This document shows positions 51,501-61,826 of a DNA stretch of 64,000 nucleotides, in pieces. The stretch is from contig NC_086097.1 of the NCBI RefSeq assembly GCF_963921235.1, positions 101,496,001 to 101,560,000 of the forward strand. Reading direction: 5' to 3'. The first letter of the stretch is position 1; the number at the start of each line of letters is the position of its first letter. The position numbers and the translations under genes were made by a program. A model generated the notes under the pieces. The model was not told where the DNA came from and did not search any database. It worked only from the letters and a program-made list of their open reading frames with translations. This stretch comes from Mobula hypostoma (lineage: Eukaryota).

Positions 51501-54500
51501 CAACCATTCTGTCCTGTATTCCAGACCTCCAGTATTGTTTTTCTCCCTCCAGAACTTCCTACACACATCCAATAGTTCATCTGTAATTTATAAGCCTTCA
51601 CACTCTCAGCTATCACTATCAGATTTTCTTTGTCTCCACTCACAGACATTCCTTTACTCTCTCCATACTTCATGTCCTCTGCAATTTTAAACATAGTTTG
51701 CACTTTCCTAGTTCTGATGAAGTCACTGAAACATTAACTCTCTCTAGGTGCCACAGACCTGCTGAACTTTTCCAGTACTTTATGCTTCACTTTGTTGCCA
51801 TACCATTGTAGGTCATGTCTCCATATGCATCTTTCCTATCTCTTTAAACTATCGCTTGAATGCTAGTATGTGGTTTACTGATAAATTTAGGTATGGACAC
51901 TTTTATGAAGTTATCTGGGGCATATTAAATTAATATAATCTGTCAATTTTGGAGAGTAAAAAGAAAAGAGTGTATCTGCAATCCTGTACAAGAACAAACC
52001 ATATTTAACCTACTTCAGCTGGAAAAATTCCCAAATGCTTATCACCCACAAAACTGATGGCACAAGATAGTTCTTCATGCTGACATTGCAGCATTGGTGC
52101 TGAATCTATACAAAATCTCCACTCACTTTACATACATAAGCTTATAATACCACTATCGCTGGCTGAATCAAAGGTGGTGATGAATCAGCACAAGAGGGAA
52201 ATGAAATCTGGCCGAGTGGTGCCACAACATCCTCTCACTCAATGTCAGCAAGACCAAGAAGTTGATTATTAACTTCAGCTGGAGGACACCGGAGGTCCAC
52301 GAGCCAAGTCCTCTTCGGGGGAAATCATGATGAAGAGGGTCAGCAACTTTAAATTCCTCTGTGTTCTCATTTCAGAGGATCTGTTCTGGACTCAGCATGT
52401 CAGTGCAATTATGATGAAAGCTTAGTAGTGCCTCTACTTCCTTAGAAGTTTGAGAAGATCTGGCATGTCATCTAAAACTTTGACAAACTGCCATAGGTGT
52501 TGCGGAGAGTATATTGACTGGTTGCATCACTGCCTGGTATGGAAACACCAATGCCCTTGACTGGAAAATCCTACAAAACGTAGTGGACATAGCCCAGCCT
52601 TCCCCACCACAAAGCACATCTACAGGGAGTGCTGTTGCAGTAACTAGTATCCGTTATCGGGGACCCCCACCATCAAAAACACATTTTATCCTTGCTGCTG
52701 CCATCAGGAAGGAGGTACAGGGAGCCTCAAGTCCCACACCACCAGGTTCAGGAACAGTCACCACCCCTCAACCCTCAGGCTGTTGAACCAGTGGGGATAA
52801 CTTCACTTGCCCCTGAACTAAACCGTTCCTACAACCCCTGGACTCACTTTCAAGAAATATTCATTTCACATTCTTGAAATTTATTTGCCCATTATTATTC
52901 TCCTTTGTAGTTGCAGAGTTTGTTGTTTTTCATCTTTCCTATGGTTATCTTGACCATCTCTCTTCCAAACTTGTTTCCTGTAGAAATGCTATTTCCTTTC
53001 CTCAGTTCCTTCATCTCCATTGCATCTGTTCCCAGAATGAGGCTTTCCTTTCCAGGACATCAGAGATGCTATCCTTCTTCAAACAGTGTTTGCCTTCCTC
53101 CACCACTGACACTGCCCTCACTCACATCTCCATTTCCAGGATATCTGCACTCACCCCATCTTCCCACCACCTTAACAGTGATATAGTTCCCCTTGTCATC
53201 ACCTACCACCCGTGAGCCTGACATCCATCACATCATTCTCCACGATTTCTGCCAGTTCTAAAATGATCCTACCGTCAAACACATCTTTATCTGCACCCCC
53301 ACTCTGCTTTCCACACAGTTCACTCCCTCCACGATTCCCTTGTCCTTTCATCCCTCCAAGGACTTAACCCTGCAAGCTGCCAAAGTGCGATGACTGCCCA
53401 TTCACCTCCTCCCTCACCTCCAAACAGACCTTCCACGTGAGGCAACACTTCACCTGCAAATCTGCTGGGGTTGTCTATTGTGTGTGGTGCTCCCAATGTG
53501 GCCTTCTCTACACTGGTGAGACCATCAAGTTTGGGGACTGCTTTGTTGGGCACCTCCAATCCATCTGTCAAAAGTGGAACTTCTCAGTGGCCAAACATTT
53601 GAATTCCCCTTCCCATTCCAACATCTGATCACAGCCTCCTCTTTTGCCACGACAAGGCCACCCTCAGGGTGGAGGAGCAACATTGTGTATTCCATCTGAG
53701 TCACATCCAAACTGATGGTATAAATATCGATTTCTCCTGGTAATTTTTTTTTTTGTCAATCCTCTCTTCTTCTATTCCCTACTGTGATCCCTTACCTCTT
53801 CTCACCTGCCCATCACCTCCCCCTGGTGTCTCTCCTCCGGTCCACTCTCCTCTCCAGTTCCTCTTTTTTCAGCCTTTTACTTTTCCCACCCACCTGGCCT
53901 CTTCTAGCTATCCTTCTTCCCTTAACCTCACCTTTTCACTCTGGCACCTTTGTTTCCAGTCCTGAAGAAAGGGACTCACCCCTAAATGGCGACTGTTTAT
54001 TTATCTTCATGGATACTACCTGACCTGCTGAATTCCTCAGCATTCTGTGTGTGCTGATTGTGTATCCTTCCTATTGGGTGCAGTCTTTGATTGATTCCAT
54101 GTTTCTTGGATTTATTGTGTATACCCACAAGAAAACAAATCTCAGTGTTGTGTATACCCATGTTACTTTTATAATAAATTTTGAATATTGAACTTTTGAG
54201 AAATAGAATCTACTTTATATAGTGATTTTGAGTCCAGTGCAGCAGACAGCACACTGAAATTACAACTTAAATTCAAGTAACAAAAATTGCAATATCAAAT
54301 GACTGCAATTGTAGCCGCAATCATTTATATATTTTAAAACTAATTTATTGAAAAATCTGATCATTCACTTCATAGATTCATTGTACAACAGCATTCAAAT
54401 TCAAGAATAATATACATTTCGCCATCCTGTACCAAGTTGCCGCAAGTGCCTGACAACGCACAGCTATTCAACGGCGGTAGGTGGGAAGAATAACTTGGTA

Positions 54501-57500
54501 GATTTGAGTGTCTTAGCAGAGAAAAACTAACATTAACTTCAGATTAAATAAGGAACCCTAATTAACCTTTTCGTTTTGCAATTCAGAAGCAGTTCCTATA
54601 GTACTTTCATCCCCAAACATGGCCAAGGGTTTAAGCCAAAATCCAAAGGCCAGAGCAAAAATCTAAGCTGACAGTCCATGAAGACTGCTGCATTGTGACA
54701 TAGTGAGAATACCTTCCATTTCCATCAGCAAGCACCAGTATGAACACATTTCTTGTTACAAGTCAGCAGGGGTGCAGGTAATCTATAGATTTACAGCATA
54801 ATCGTCTAGACATCTCCAACAATGCCTATATTAAATTCAAGTTTAATTGTCATTCAACCATACACGAATACAACAAAACAGCATTCCTCCGGAGCCAAAG
54901 TACAAAACACAATACCAATAGTCATGCACAGCACAAGGCACATTGAGCATACATTACATACTGTAAACATACAGTCACACAAAAGCCCAGGTCCCCGAGT
55001 GTCATAACCTGTAGAACGATGTTGTCGGCAAGAAAAAGCTGCAGCAGACTGATCATTATGTGCTATAAACTGCAGCCGCAGACAGACACAATCCAGCTTG
55101 TCTTCCACCGAGTGAACACTGGAGGACAGCACCGATGGGAGGGGCCAGCTGCCAACCCAGCATGGACCCTTGCTCTGTCCCACACCACGTCCGGCATCTC
55201 CTCACTCGGGCAGCTGCAACAGGCACAAGGCCCTGGTCCACGCAACAACCGAGGCAGCTCCTCCGATGTCAGTCTTGGCAATAAACCAGTGAACCAAACT
55301 TGCAGTATTCTACATTACTAGTATCCACCAGGGTTTCTGATCATAAGAAAAACATCCAAGACAGTCACTTGCACCATTTGTTGGATCACACACTGCCCGA
55401 GGTACTTTCTTCCTTGGGTGCCTGAGGCAGGCTGGCACACGATTCAGCAACTCACTAGTGGGGCAGACCAGCAGTACTTGATGTTTGCGATAACCAGCAG
55501 TGTCTTGCAATTGTAATAAAGATGTAAAGGATGCACTATTACATCTTTAGTTGGACCCAGAGAGGCCACTGCGTCCGAGAGCACTGCCATCTTACCAGAA
55601 CACATTGGCATCTCACATTTGTAACACTTACCGAGAACCTCTTAAGCAGAATGTTCCAGGCGCTCGCTTCAAAAATTCTCTCAATTTCCTTCTAAACTTT
55701 TTTTGAGAAATTACCTTAAATTGTGGCTTTTTAAAAAAAAACTGCAAATGCTAGAAATCTGAAATAAATAGAAAATTCTAAAAACACTCATCAAGTCATG
55801 CAGCGAGTATAGAAAGAGAAACATGTTTCAGAGTGTGACTCATTAGAAATAACAATTTTCTTTAAATTTCAGATTTCCAATGATCGATTACAGTTTTAAA
55901 AAATTGATCTATATAGGGTACAGAATGTAGTGCTTTGATGCAAAATAAGATATTGTTGTATTATAAATATTCAGGGTCCTTTGTAACATAGCATTGTATG
56001 ATTGGAGAATACAACAGCCACTAAAAAAAAATGGGTTAGGGCAAAACCTTACACTAACCATTCTGAAAATACTGTACACAAAGAGGTACTCACACAAATA
56101 CCAGAGGTTTCACATTTTTCCAGTGCAATTGAAACTCCAGATACATCTAATTAGGCTTTGACAGATCTAAGACAATGGTGACAATCCTAAACTTGCCGTC
56201 ACAGTGGTGCATAGACACCCAAACTTTTCAAATTCTAAGCTAAGCAATAAAATTGATGCAACCACCACACATTTGAAATAGTTGATTGCTCTGGAAAACA
56301 GGATATAGAGTAATACAGTAAATACAAATGAAAGACAAAATAAAAAGGGGAGAGAGAGCAAGACTGGTTATGGTTTGGATGTTCAAAGCAAAAATAAAAC
56401 AGCATGATAGGGAGGTGTAAGAAAATATGAAAATAAGATTTTTTTGAAGAGGAAAGGTTATACAAAGAGAAGCAAGAACACCTGGATACAAAGTGCACAA
56501 CATCTTTAAAATCCAGAGATGGTAAACTGCACAGGGAGTGGGAAGGAAGAGTGGGATTGTGGGGACAAGGGAGCACCAGAAGAGGGAGAAATGATGGGGC
56601 CGGAGGATGAAAAATAAAAGGGAGGCAATGGTGGAAGGGGGTGAGCAGCAGAGTTGAGAAAGACAGGGTGTCAGCAAAGAGATGGAATTTTGTTCCAAAC
56701 ATCTCATTTGACTGGTTTACCTTTTAGGGCAAGCACAATAAGTGCAAGCCCAAGGTCAAACAGATATTGAACAAATGATGACACTAGTTACTCATGTAGC
56801 CTTGAGAAAAGAAATGATTCCAGGCAACTTGCAGGTAGGTGTCCTCAACAATCCACCTGCAGTTACAGTTAAAATAGGAAATATGGCACAATATTCAAAG
56901 TACCAGATTGTGCTTCATCACATGCAGAGCTTTAATCCAGTGTCCCTACTCTGGTATCAATCTGAACAACTTGTATTTGCCTAGTTGAAAGCATTTAAAA
57001 GATAAGTTGTAACTCTGCTACAAACCCTAAATATTTTGTCTTTTTTAATTTTACTGAACATAGTTCAACATTTCAGGGAAATTTCTCTAGCTATTCTGCA
57101 GGAATTTCTCCTTGTGGGTTGAGTTAAGAAATTGCAAGGGTAGAAGGACTCTGATGGAAGTTATATCACCAACAGCGGCTGGGATGTGGACCAGATTACA
57201 ACGGGAAATAGAAAAGGTGAGTCAAAAGGGCAACATTATGATAGTCATGGGCGATTTCAACATGTAGCTCATTTGGGAAAATCAGGTTGGAAATGGATCT
57301 TAAGTGAGTTTGTTGAAAGCCAACAAGATGGCTTTTTAGAGCAGTCTGTCACTGAGCCTACCAGGGGATCAGCTATACTAGACTGGGTGTTATGTAATGA
57401 AGTAGAGGTGATTAGAGAGCATAAGGTAAAGAACCCTTAGAAGGCAGCTATTACAATATGATAGAGTTGAACTTTGATGTGGAGAGAGTAAGCTCTGACG

Positions 57501-60500
57501 CAGCAGTATTTCAGTGGAGTGAAGGAAATTACTGTGGTATGAGAGAGTTGGCCAAAGTAAATTGGCAGGAGATGCTGACAGGGATGACAGCAGAGCAGTA
57601 ATGGCGTGAGTTTCTAGTAAAAAATGAGGAAGGTGCAGGATAGATATATTACAAAAAAAAAGAAATTCTCAAATAGTGAAACAGTATGACTGTGGCTGAC
57701 AAGGGAAGTCAAAGCTAATGCAAAAGCAAAAGAGAGGGCATACAACAAAGCAAAAATTAGTGAGAAGATAGAGGATTGGGAAGTTTTTTTTAAAACATAC
57801 AGAGAGCAACTAGAAGAATCATTAGGAGGGAAAAGATTAAATATGAAAACAAGCCAGCAAACAATATCAAAGTGGAGAGTAAAAGCTTTATGCAAGTAAA
57901 AAATAAAAAACGAGATGAGAGTAGATATAGGACTGCTAGAAAATGAGCTTGGAGATATAATAACAGGGGTCAAGGAGATGACAGATGAACTTACTGAGTA
58001 TTTTGCATCAGTCTTCACTGTGGAAGACACCAGCAATATGCCAGAAGTTGGAAGGTGTGAGGGAAGAGAAGTGAGTGCAGTTACTATTGCAACGGAGAAG
58101 GTGCTCGAAAAGCTGAAAGACCTAAGGATATACAAGTCACCCGGGCCAGAATATCTGTACCCTAGGGTTCTGAAAGAGCTAGCAGTAGAGATTGTGGTAG
58201 CATTAGTAATGATCTTTCATAAATCATTGGACTCTGGCATAGTGCCAGAGGTCTAGAAAATTGCAAATGTCACTCCACTCTTTAAGAAAGGAAATTATAG
58301 ACCAGTTAGTCTGACCTCAGTGGCTGGAAAGATGTTGGAGTCAATTGTTAAGGACGAGGTTATGGAGTACTTGGTGACACAGGTCAAGACAGGACAAAGT
58401 CAGCATGGTTTCCTTAAGGGAACCTGATGGAATTCTTTGAGGAGATTACAAGTAGGATAAATAAAGGGGATGTAGTGGATGTTGTATATTAAGACTATCA
58501 GAAGGCCTTTGACAAGGTGCCACACATAAGGCTGCTTACCAAGTTAAAAGCCCATGGCATTAAGGAAAGTTACTGGCACGGTCAGAGCATTGGCTGACTG
58601 GTTGGAGGCAACGAGTGGGAATAAAAGGATTCTTTCCTGGTTGGCTGCCCATGACTAGTGGTGTTCCACAGGGGTCGGTGTTGAGTCCACATTTTTTTAT
58701 GCTGTTTATCAATGATTTAGATGATGGAATAGATGGCTTGGTTGCCAAGTTTGCAGATGATAATGAAGATTGGTGGAGGGACAGGTAGACTGCAGAAGGC
58801 CTTAGACAGATCAGGAGAATCTGCAAGAGAGTGGCAAACGAAGTACAATGTTAGATAATTCATGATCATACACTTCAGTAGAAGAAATAGATGCGTGATC
58901 TATTTTCTAAACAGGGAGAAAATCCAAAAATCTGAGATGCAAAGGGATTTATAGTCCTTGTGCAGAACACATTAAAGATTAACATGCAGGTAGAGTTGGT
59001 GGTGAGGAAGGCAAATGCAATGTTAACATTCACTTCAAGAGGTCTAGAATACAAGAGCAAGGATGTGATGCTGAGGCTTTATAAGGCACTGGTGAGGCCT
59101 CACCTTGAGATATTGTGAACAGTTTTGGACTCCTCATCTAAGAAAAGATGTGCTAGCATTGGAGAGGGTTCAGAGGAGGTTCACAAAGATGATTCCAGGA
59201 ATGAAAGGTTATCATACCAGGAATGTTTGATGGCTCTGGGTCTGTTCTCACTGGAATTCAGAAGGATGCGGGAGGATCTTATTGAAACCTTTCGAATGTT
59301 GAAAGGCCCAGACTGAAGAGACATAGAAAGGATGCTCCCCACGGTGGGGGGAGTCTAGGACCAGAGGACACAGCCTCAGGATAGAGGGACGTTCATTTAA
59401 AACAAGCAATAAGTAGCCAGAGGGTGGTGAATTTGTGGAATTTGTTACCACAAGCAGCTGTGGAGGCCAGGCCATTGGGTGTATTTAAGTCAGAGCTTGA
59501 TAGGTTCTTGAATGGACAGGGCATCTAAGGTTATGGCAAGAAGGCCGGGGAGTGGGGCCGACGATGGGGAAAAAAGGATCATCCATGAATGAATGATGGA
59601 ACTGACTTGATGGACCAAATAGCCTAATTCTGCTCCAATGTCGTATGGTCTTACATTGGGACCATTCTGATAGGTTAACTGCAGTACATAGAATACGAGT
59701 AGTCCCTCCCCCGCCTGTCTTCTCCTATCATTTTGGATCTCCCCCTCCCCCTCCAACTTTCAAATCCCTTACTCACTCTTCCTTCAGTTAGTCCTGACGA
59801 AGGGTCTCGGCCTGAAACATCGACTGCACCTCTTCCTACAGATGCTGCCTGGCCTGCTGCGTTCACCAGCAACTTTGATGTGTGTTGATACGAGTAGACT
59901 ATCTGACACAGGCATCATACCCAGGTGATACCATTACTCAGCCTGTTGCTGCGTGGCTCCTGTGGCAGGCGGGTAAGCCTCTGCAACCATGACCTATCTT
60001 TCTTTGTTGATGAAAGATGTTTCTGTGGTTCTGTATTACCGATTGGACTATTGTGAACTTTCTCAAGGCTTATGCTTTTTATATTTTGTGTTTTCCACCC
60101 ATTTCTTTCCATTTTGTTGTGCACTGTCAGGTTGCTTTAGGGGTTGATGATCAGGATGCTGTTCTTTTTTGTGCGTGTGGGAGGTGGGTTTGATACTTCT
60201 CTCTGAACAACTTTCATGTTTTCTTTGTTTCGTTGCTATCTGGAGAAGAAGAACCTCAGAGTTGTATATGGGTACATACTTTGATAATAAATGAACTCTT
60301 GAACCTTTAAAACGTAATTCCAAAGCATATCTGAATGGGTAACTATTGACAAATCCTGCTCTGGGGGAAATCATGAGCATCTAAACAATACAAAACAAGA
60401 ACTTGTTGTAAAATATGAATAAATAATCTAACAACATTTCGCATACAATTAAACCAATTTAATTAGCTTCCAAATTTCGTTATCACAATAATCACGTAAA

Positions 60501-61088
60501 CCCACTTTTATAACTATTATTACACAACATTCAAGTTGCAACACTGTCTAATACTAGTGGATACGTTGACCCGCTCCGTTAGAAAGATAATTCTTTAACA
60601 CCTTACAAACTTCACCCTCCGCAAACAGACTGCGATTCAATGTCGAGTTTATTGTCATATCACAAGCACATGTCACTAAAGGTTTGAAAAACCCAGAAAA
60701 CTTGTTGCAATAGGTCTTTAAGATGTATGCGAACTTGCGAGCACCTTTCGGACTCGGGTTAGTCAGTATTACGTGCCCCAGTTGTACACAGTACTCTGAC
60801 AAATAGGGTAGTTTACCGCTGACTGCGTTGAAAAACTGAAACCAGACAGAGCAAAGGGTAAGCAGGCAGGCCACTTTATTTTGGAAGGAGATGGATTGGA
60901 GAATGAGGAAGGTCTGTGTGTGGGGGATGCCCCGGCGGCAGGTTGAGGGCGCGGGGGGAAAGAACAGAGGGTGTCCGTCAGCTTCTGCTTACCTCGGAAA
61001 AGTTGAAGGCCAACGGGATGGTTCCTGCCACGTAACAGCCGACCAGCATGGCCAGGGAGAGAAGGCCGATGGTGCTGAGGTCGTCCAT
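6279..61088 (-). CDS. SLC39A9: Zinc transporter ZIP9, spliced CDS join(61088-60993,45174-45066,28251-28063,18788-18720,17049-16964,12536-12402,6506-6279); 303 aa
   Basis: Exon lengths 96+109+189+69+86+135+228 = 912 nt, phases consistent, all GT-AG. Translation runs [32 protein letters not shown]...HAAADG...[30 protein letters not shown]...LSVGHQH* and is recognisable as vertebrate ZIP9. Confidence 0.97.
6694..6789 (+). ncRNA. Minimal type I hammerhead ribozyme in a 96-bp Penelope-derived insertion
   Basis: gtc-CTGACGA(6697-6703)-agggtcacggcct-GAAA(6717-6720)-CGTC^gac; palindromic ACGT stem III; 4-bp TSD agtt at 6690-6693 and 6790-6793. Confidence 0.7.
7005..7825 (-). mobile_element. CR1 LINE 3' fragment
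   Basis: Minus-strand [16 protein letters not shown]...[17 protein letters not shown]...[11 protein letters not shown]1-type 3' tail near 7005-7030. Confidence 0.9.
8690..12175 (+). mobile_element. Rex1/L2-type LINE 3' fragment split by a minisatellite
   Basis: [22 protein letters not shown]...RLQGVVDSA before the array; RQCLK...[20 protein letters not shown]...FRNSF after it. Confidence 0.85.
8861..11880. repeat. 41-bp minisatellite, about 3 kb (roughly 75 units)
   Basis: Unit caactctactacaggtataaactacccaccaagggcatctt, with interspersed 33-bp variants lacking actaccca. Confidence 0.98.
12402..12536 (-). CDS. SLC39A9: SLC39A9 exon 6 (135 nt)
   Basis: Acceptor ctgctttag; [45 protein letters not shown]; donor AAG|gtacat. 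Confidence 0.95.
12725..14440 (-). mobile_element. Degraded CR1 fragments, with a plus-strand Rex1/L2 3' end inserted at about 13180-13515
   Basis: SKFVDDTKL motif (ORF 14099-14302); [12 protein letters not shown]; insert ends aataaatttattttgaactttga. Confidence 0.75.
15491..16722 (-). mobile_element. Internally deleted hAT (Buster/Charlie-like) DNA transposon containing a small CR1 3' end (about 15912-16120)
   Basis: 15-bp TIRs caggggtccccaacc / ggttggggaccgctg; minus ORF with the hAT dimerisation region ([39 protein letters not shown]). No clean 8-bp TSD. Confidence 0.88.
16964..17049 (-). CDS. SLC39A9: SLC39A9 exon 5 (86 nt)
   Basis: Acceptor cccttacag; (A)[28 protein letters not shown]; donor AAA|gtaagt. 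Absent from the ORF track; read manually. Confidence 0.95.
18720..18788 (-). CDS. SLC39A9: SLC39A9 exon 4 (69 nt)
   Basis: Acceptor ttccctgttaag (AAG type); (D)[22 protein letters not shown]; donor G|gtaatg. Confidence 0.94.
19330..20765 (-). mobile_element. CR1 LINE with internal deletions
   Basis: [12 protein letters not shown]...[29 protein letters not shown]; 3' tail at 19330-19380. Confidence 0.85.
20849..22122 (+). mobile_element. Penelope-like element (RT C-terminus, GIY-YIG endonuclease, 3' terminus with hammerhead core)
   Basis: ORF 21036-21839: [39 protein letters not shown]...[23 protein letters not shown] 22032-22038 and GAAACGTC 22052-22059. Confidence 0.92.
23095..23690 (-). 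mobile_element. Non-autonomous retroelement about 590 bp (same family as 30040-30600, opposite orientation)
   Basis: Reverse complement shares long blocks (ctgatttgatggagacagacgtga, aacatctgga, ttcttaatgcatgcat) with 30040-30600. Confidence 0.8.
24300..24700 (+). mobile_element. Degraded Rex1/L2-type 3' fragment
   Basis: cactgttgaaagtatcctga...tgcctcaagaaggcagg...caggcaggaggtacaaaagc, similar to the 8690-12000 and 52.4-52.8 kb fragments. Confidence 0.65.
25120..27810 (+). mobile_element. Tc1 DNA transposon, left part with long TIR, interrupted at about 25824-27255; right end missing
   Basis: TA+cagttgcaagaaaa start; HTH region ([15 protein letters not shown]); DDE region ([35 protein letters not shown]). 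Confidence 0.9.
25824..27258 (+). mobile_element. Non-autonomous retroelement inside the Tc1, itself carrying a CR1 3' fragment (about 26150-26725)
   Basis: Starts ggcggaggtgaagtcatgatggcg and ends with a Rex1/L2-like tail; internal [16 protein letters not shown]...RRMRGDL CR1 segment with ctatgtttcta tail. Confidence 0.75.
28063..28251 (-). CDS. SLC39A9: SLC39A9 exon 3 (189 nt, phase 1-1; His-rich loop plus TM segment)
   Basis: Acceptor ctttttag; (D)[62 protein letters not shown]; donor G|gtaaga. Confidence 0.95.
28290..28433 (-). mobile_element. Penelope-terminus fragment with a hammerhead core, sense to SLC39A9
   Basis: Minus strand reads cagtt-CTGATGA-agtgtctaggcct-GAAA-tgtt-gactg (28416-28379). 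Confidence 0.7.
28436..29950 (+). mobile_element. Internally deleted Tigger/pogo DNA transposon
   Basis: TA at both ends; TIRs caggtgtcccccacttttcgaa / ttcggatggtgagggaaacctg; N-terminal [23 protein letters not shown] joined to the C-terminal [25 protein letters not shown]. Confidence 0.9.
30040..30602 (+). mobile_element. Non-autonomous retroelement about 560 bp beginning with aagatggcggc
   Basis: Homologous to 23095-23690 (inverted); ends cataatctaatctga. Confidence 0.8.
31478..31808 (-). mobile_element. CR1 3' end
   Basis: [13 protein letters not shown]...[20 protein letters not shown]; tail catagaaccatagaaa. Confidence 0.9.
32050..33105 (+). mobile_element. Highly degraded CR1 remnants
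   Basis: DLEYCVQ-like segment and a CR1-like 3' UTR (ggatgagttgggccaagg...tttccatg). Confidence 0.55.
33595..35100 (-). mobile_element. Tc1 DNA transposon, second family, decayed
   Basis: Terminus cagtgccttgtaaaactattcagcccc; minus ORFs [16 protein letters not shown]...[10 protein letters not shown] and [14 protein letters not shown]...FQQDNHPKH. Confidence 0.88.
35686..38089 (+). mobile_element. Solo LTR (about 560 bp without its CR1 insert)
   Basis: TG...CA ends; 4-bp TSD atct/acct that restores the host CR1 (gatga[c/t]ctagcagag); AATAAA at about 38015 followed by a GT-rich U5-like tract. Confidence 0.7.
35767..37598 (+). mobile_element. Young 5'-truncated CR1 LINE with a nearly intact RT
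   Basis: ORFs 35756-36349, 36395-36604 and 36529-37647 ([35 protein letters not shown]); (ttctatg)n tail; TSD taagac at 35761-35766 and 37599-37604. Confidence 0.95.
38242..39250 (-). mobile_element. Rex1/L2-type LINE fragment (RT 3' half)
   Basis: [56 protein letters not shown]; (ctgatt)n tail at 38242-38262. Confidence 0.9.
39627..41102 (+). mobile_element. Penelope-like element, second copy
   Basis: ORFs 39610-40365 and 40378-40671 ([23 protein letters not shown]); hammerhead core CTGACGA 40972-40978 and GAAA 40992-40995. Confidence 0.92.
41339..41490 (-). mobile_element. 152-bp SINE 3' fragment (family of 3810-4335)
   Basis: 12-bp TSD acagatacatta at 41327-41338 and 41491-41502, within CR1 ORF2. 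Confidence 0.85.
42470..43449 (+). mobile_element. Tc1 right part (same family as 25120-27810) with right TIR
   Basis: Ends ttttcttgcaactg+[30 protein letters not shown]; the long TIR mirrors 25120-25270. Confidence 0.9.
45066..45174 (-). CDS. SLC39A9: SLC39A9 exon 2 (109 nt)
   Basis: Acceptor ctctccag; [36 protein letters not shown]; donor G|gtaagt. Confidence 0.96.
45754..45897 (-). mobile_element. Short Penelope-terminus insertion (decayed hammerhead) inside a CR1 remnant
   Basis: Imperfect TSD aatattccaag (45743-45753) / aatgttccaag (45898-45908). Confidence 0.75.
46502..47494 (+). mobile_element. Tc1 DNA transposon, third family, left part
   Basis: TA+cagtggtgctagaaagtttgtgaacc; [34 protein letters not shown]...[20 protein letters not shown]. 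Confidence 0.9.
47495..48940 (-). mobile_element. L1/Tx1-type LINE 3' portion (ORF2 C-terminus with Cys-rich knuckle)
   Basis: [18 protein letters not shown] segment, [31 protein letters not shown]-run (polyA on minus) at about 47495. Confidence 0.85.
48944..49410 (+). mobile_element. PIF/Harbinger-type MITE, left end only
   Basis: TAA+ggctacgtccaca terminus with typical subterminal gtccacact and ttttgaaaac repeats; right TIR not found. Confidence 0.7.
49411..50505. mobile_element. RTE LINE with an inverted 5' piece (endonuclease on minus, RT C-terminus on plus)
   Basis: Minus: [21 protein letters not shown]...DHRLV. Plus: [42 protein letters not shown]...[10 protein letters not shown]. Confidence 0.85.
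52140..52935 (+). mobile_element. Rex1/L2-type LINE 3' fragment
   Basis: [20 protein letters not shown]. Confidence 0.85.
52940..54055 (+). mobile_element. Older degraded Penelope-like copy
   Basis: [51 protein letters not shown]; decayed ctgaaga core at about 53962. Confidence 0.85.
54830..55600 (-). mobile_element. Non-autonomous element with a Rex1/L2-like tail
   Basis: Starts aaattcaagtttaattgtcattcaacc (tail on minus); minus strand contains [10 protein letters not shown], resembling a Rex1 5' remnant. Confidence 0.55.
57105..59652 (+). mobile_element. Degraded CR1 ORF2 (endonuclease plus RT) through to the 3' end
   Basis: [42 protein letters not shown]; 3' tail gtcgtatggtctta. Confidence 0.92.
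59703..59887 (+). mobile_element. 185-bp young Penelope-terminus insertion with a hammerhead core
   Basis: 10-bp TSD atacgagtag at 59693-59702 and 59888-59897; CTGACGA 59794-59800, GAAA 59814-59817; nearly identical to 40880-41066. Confidence 0.88.
60993..61088 (-). CDS. SLC39A9: SLC39A9 coding exon 1 (96 nt)
   Basis: ATG at 61088 in a strong context (aacATGG); [32 protein letters not shown]; donor GAG|gtaagc. Confidence 0.96.
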
Positions 61089-61499
61089 GTTACGAAGCCG
61101 ACGCCCGGGAGCGGGGCTAAGAGACGAGACCTCGGGAGCCGCTCACAACTAACCGGGCTCCACTCTTCCTCGCCGGGGCCCGCTCACCCACTGGCCGTAC
61201 GGCCTCAGCGAACCGACCGGGAAAACGCCATCTCCGCTCCGTCAGAAACACCCCCACACCGTCAGTGGCCCGGCAGCAGCAGGCCGGGGGGGGGTGTGCG
61301 CGGGCCACCAGCTTCCGGTTGACCTGTCACATCCGGGTCATAGGGTACTCAACCGCCGGAGCAACAATCGGCGTCCCCCTGCTTGGCGTTGTGTGACGGT
61401 GGGTGCAATCCCTCCCGTTTACAACAAATGGTAAATCTATACCTGCCGTTTATTAGCTGAATTATTTTGGCTTTTTAAAAAAATATTCATTGCCCCTCA

Positions 61500-61698
61500 C
61501 AACTATGGCGGTGGCGGCCGCGAGGATTGGTAGAGAGGAGAAGCGACTGTGGGAGGTGCTGGTGCTGGGGTAATGCGGGAGGAGGGCGGGGGTGGCTTCC
61601 GTGAACGGCGGAGATTAGAGATTGCTGTGTGTTTTGGCCGCACATAGATGGTGGTGGAGAGTGGCAGCGTCTCGTCAGTCCGGTCTCAGGTGCTCATG
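61500..61698 (+). other. Possible first exon of a divergent gene ending ATG|gtgcga (ERH candidate)
   Basis: ATG at 61696-61698 directly followed by a GT donor-like site, inside the CpG island. From recall, human SLC39A9 is head-to-head with ERH, whose exon 1 codes only the Met. No ERH coding exon seen in this window. Confidence 0.4.
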
Positions 61699-61795
61699 GT
61701 GCGAGGGGAGGGTGAAGGAGGTTGGAGGCGGGTATTAAAGGAGATTGGCGCTGAGGCTGCCTGCCCGCTTCCAGCGCAGATGCAGGACCGTCGCT

Positions 61796-61826
61796 GAGAG
61801 AGAGAGAGACAGGGAGAGAGAGGGAG
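61796..61826. repeat. (GA)n microsatellite
   Basis: gagagagagagagacagggagagagagggag. Confidence 0.85.

Noticed and set aside
56235..56707. Two 155-aa hydrophobic minus-strand ORFs
   Set aside because: Caused by a purine-rich plus strand; two frames are open and there is no splice or homology support.
60891..61322. 143-aa plus-strand ORF over exon 1
   Set aside because: Antisense to SLC39A9 in GC-rich DNA where stops are rare; no recognisable protein.
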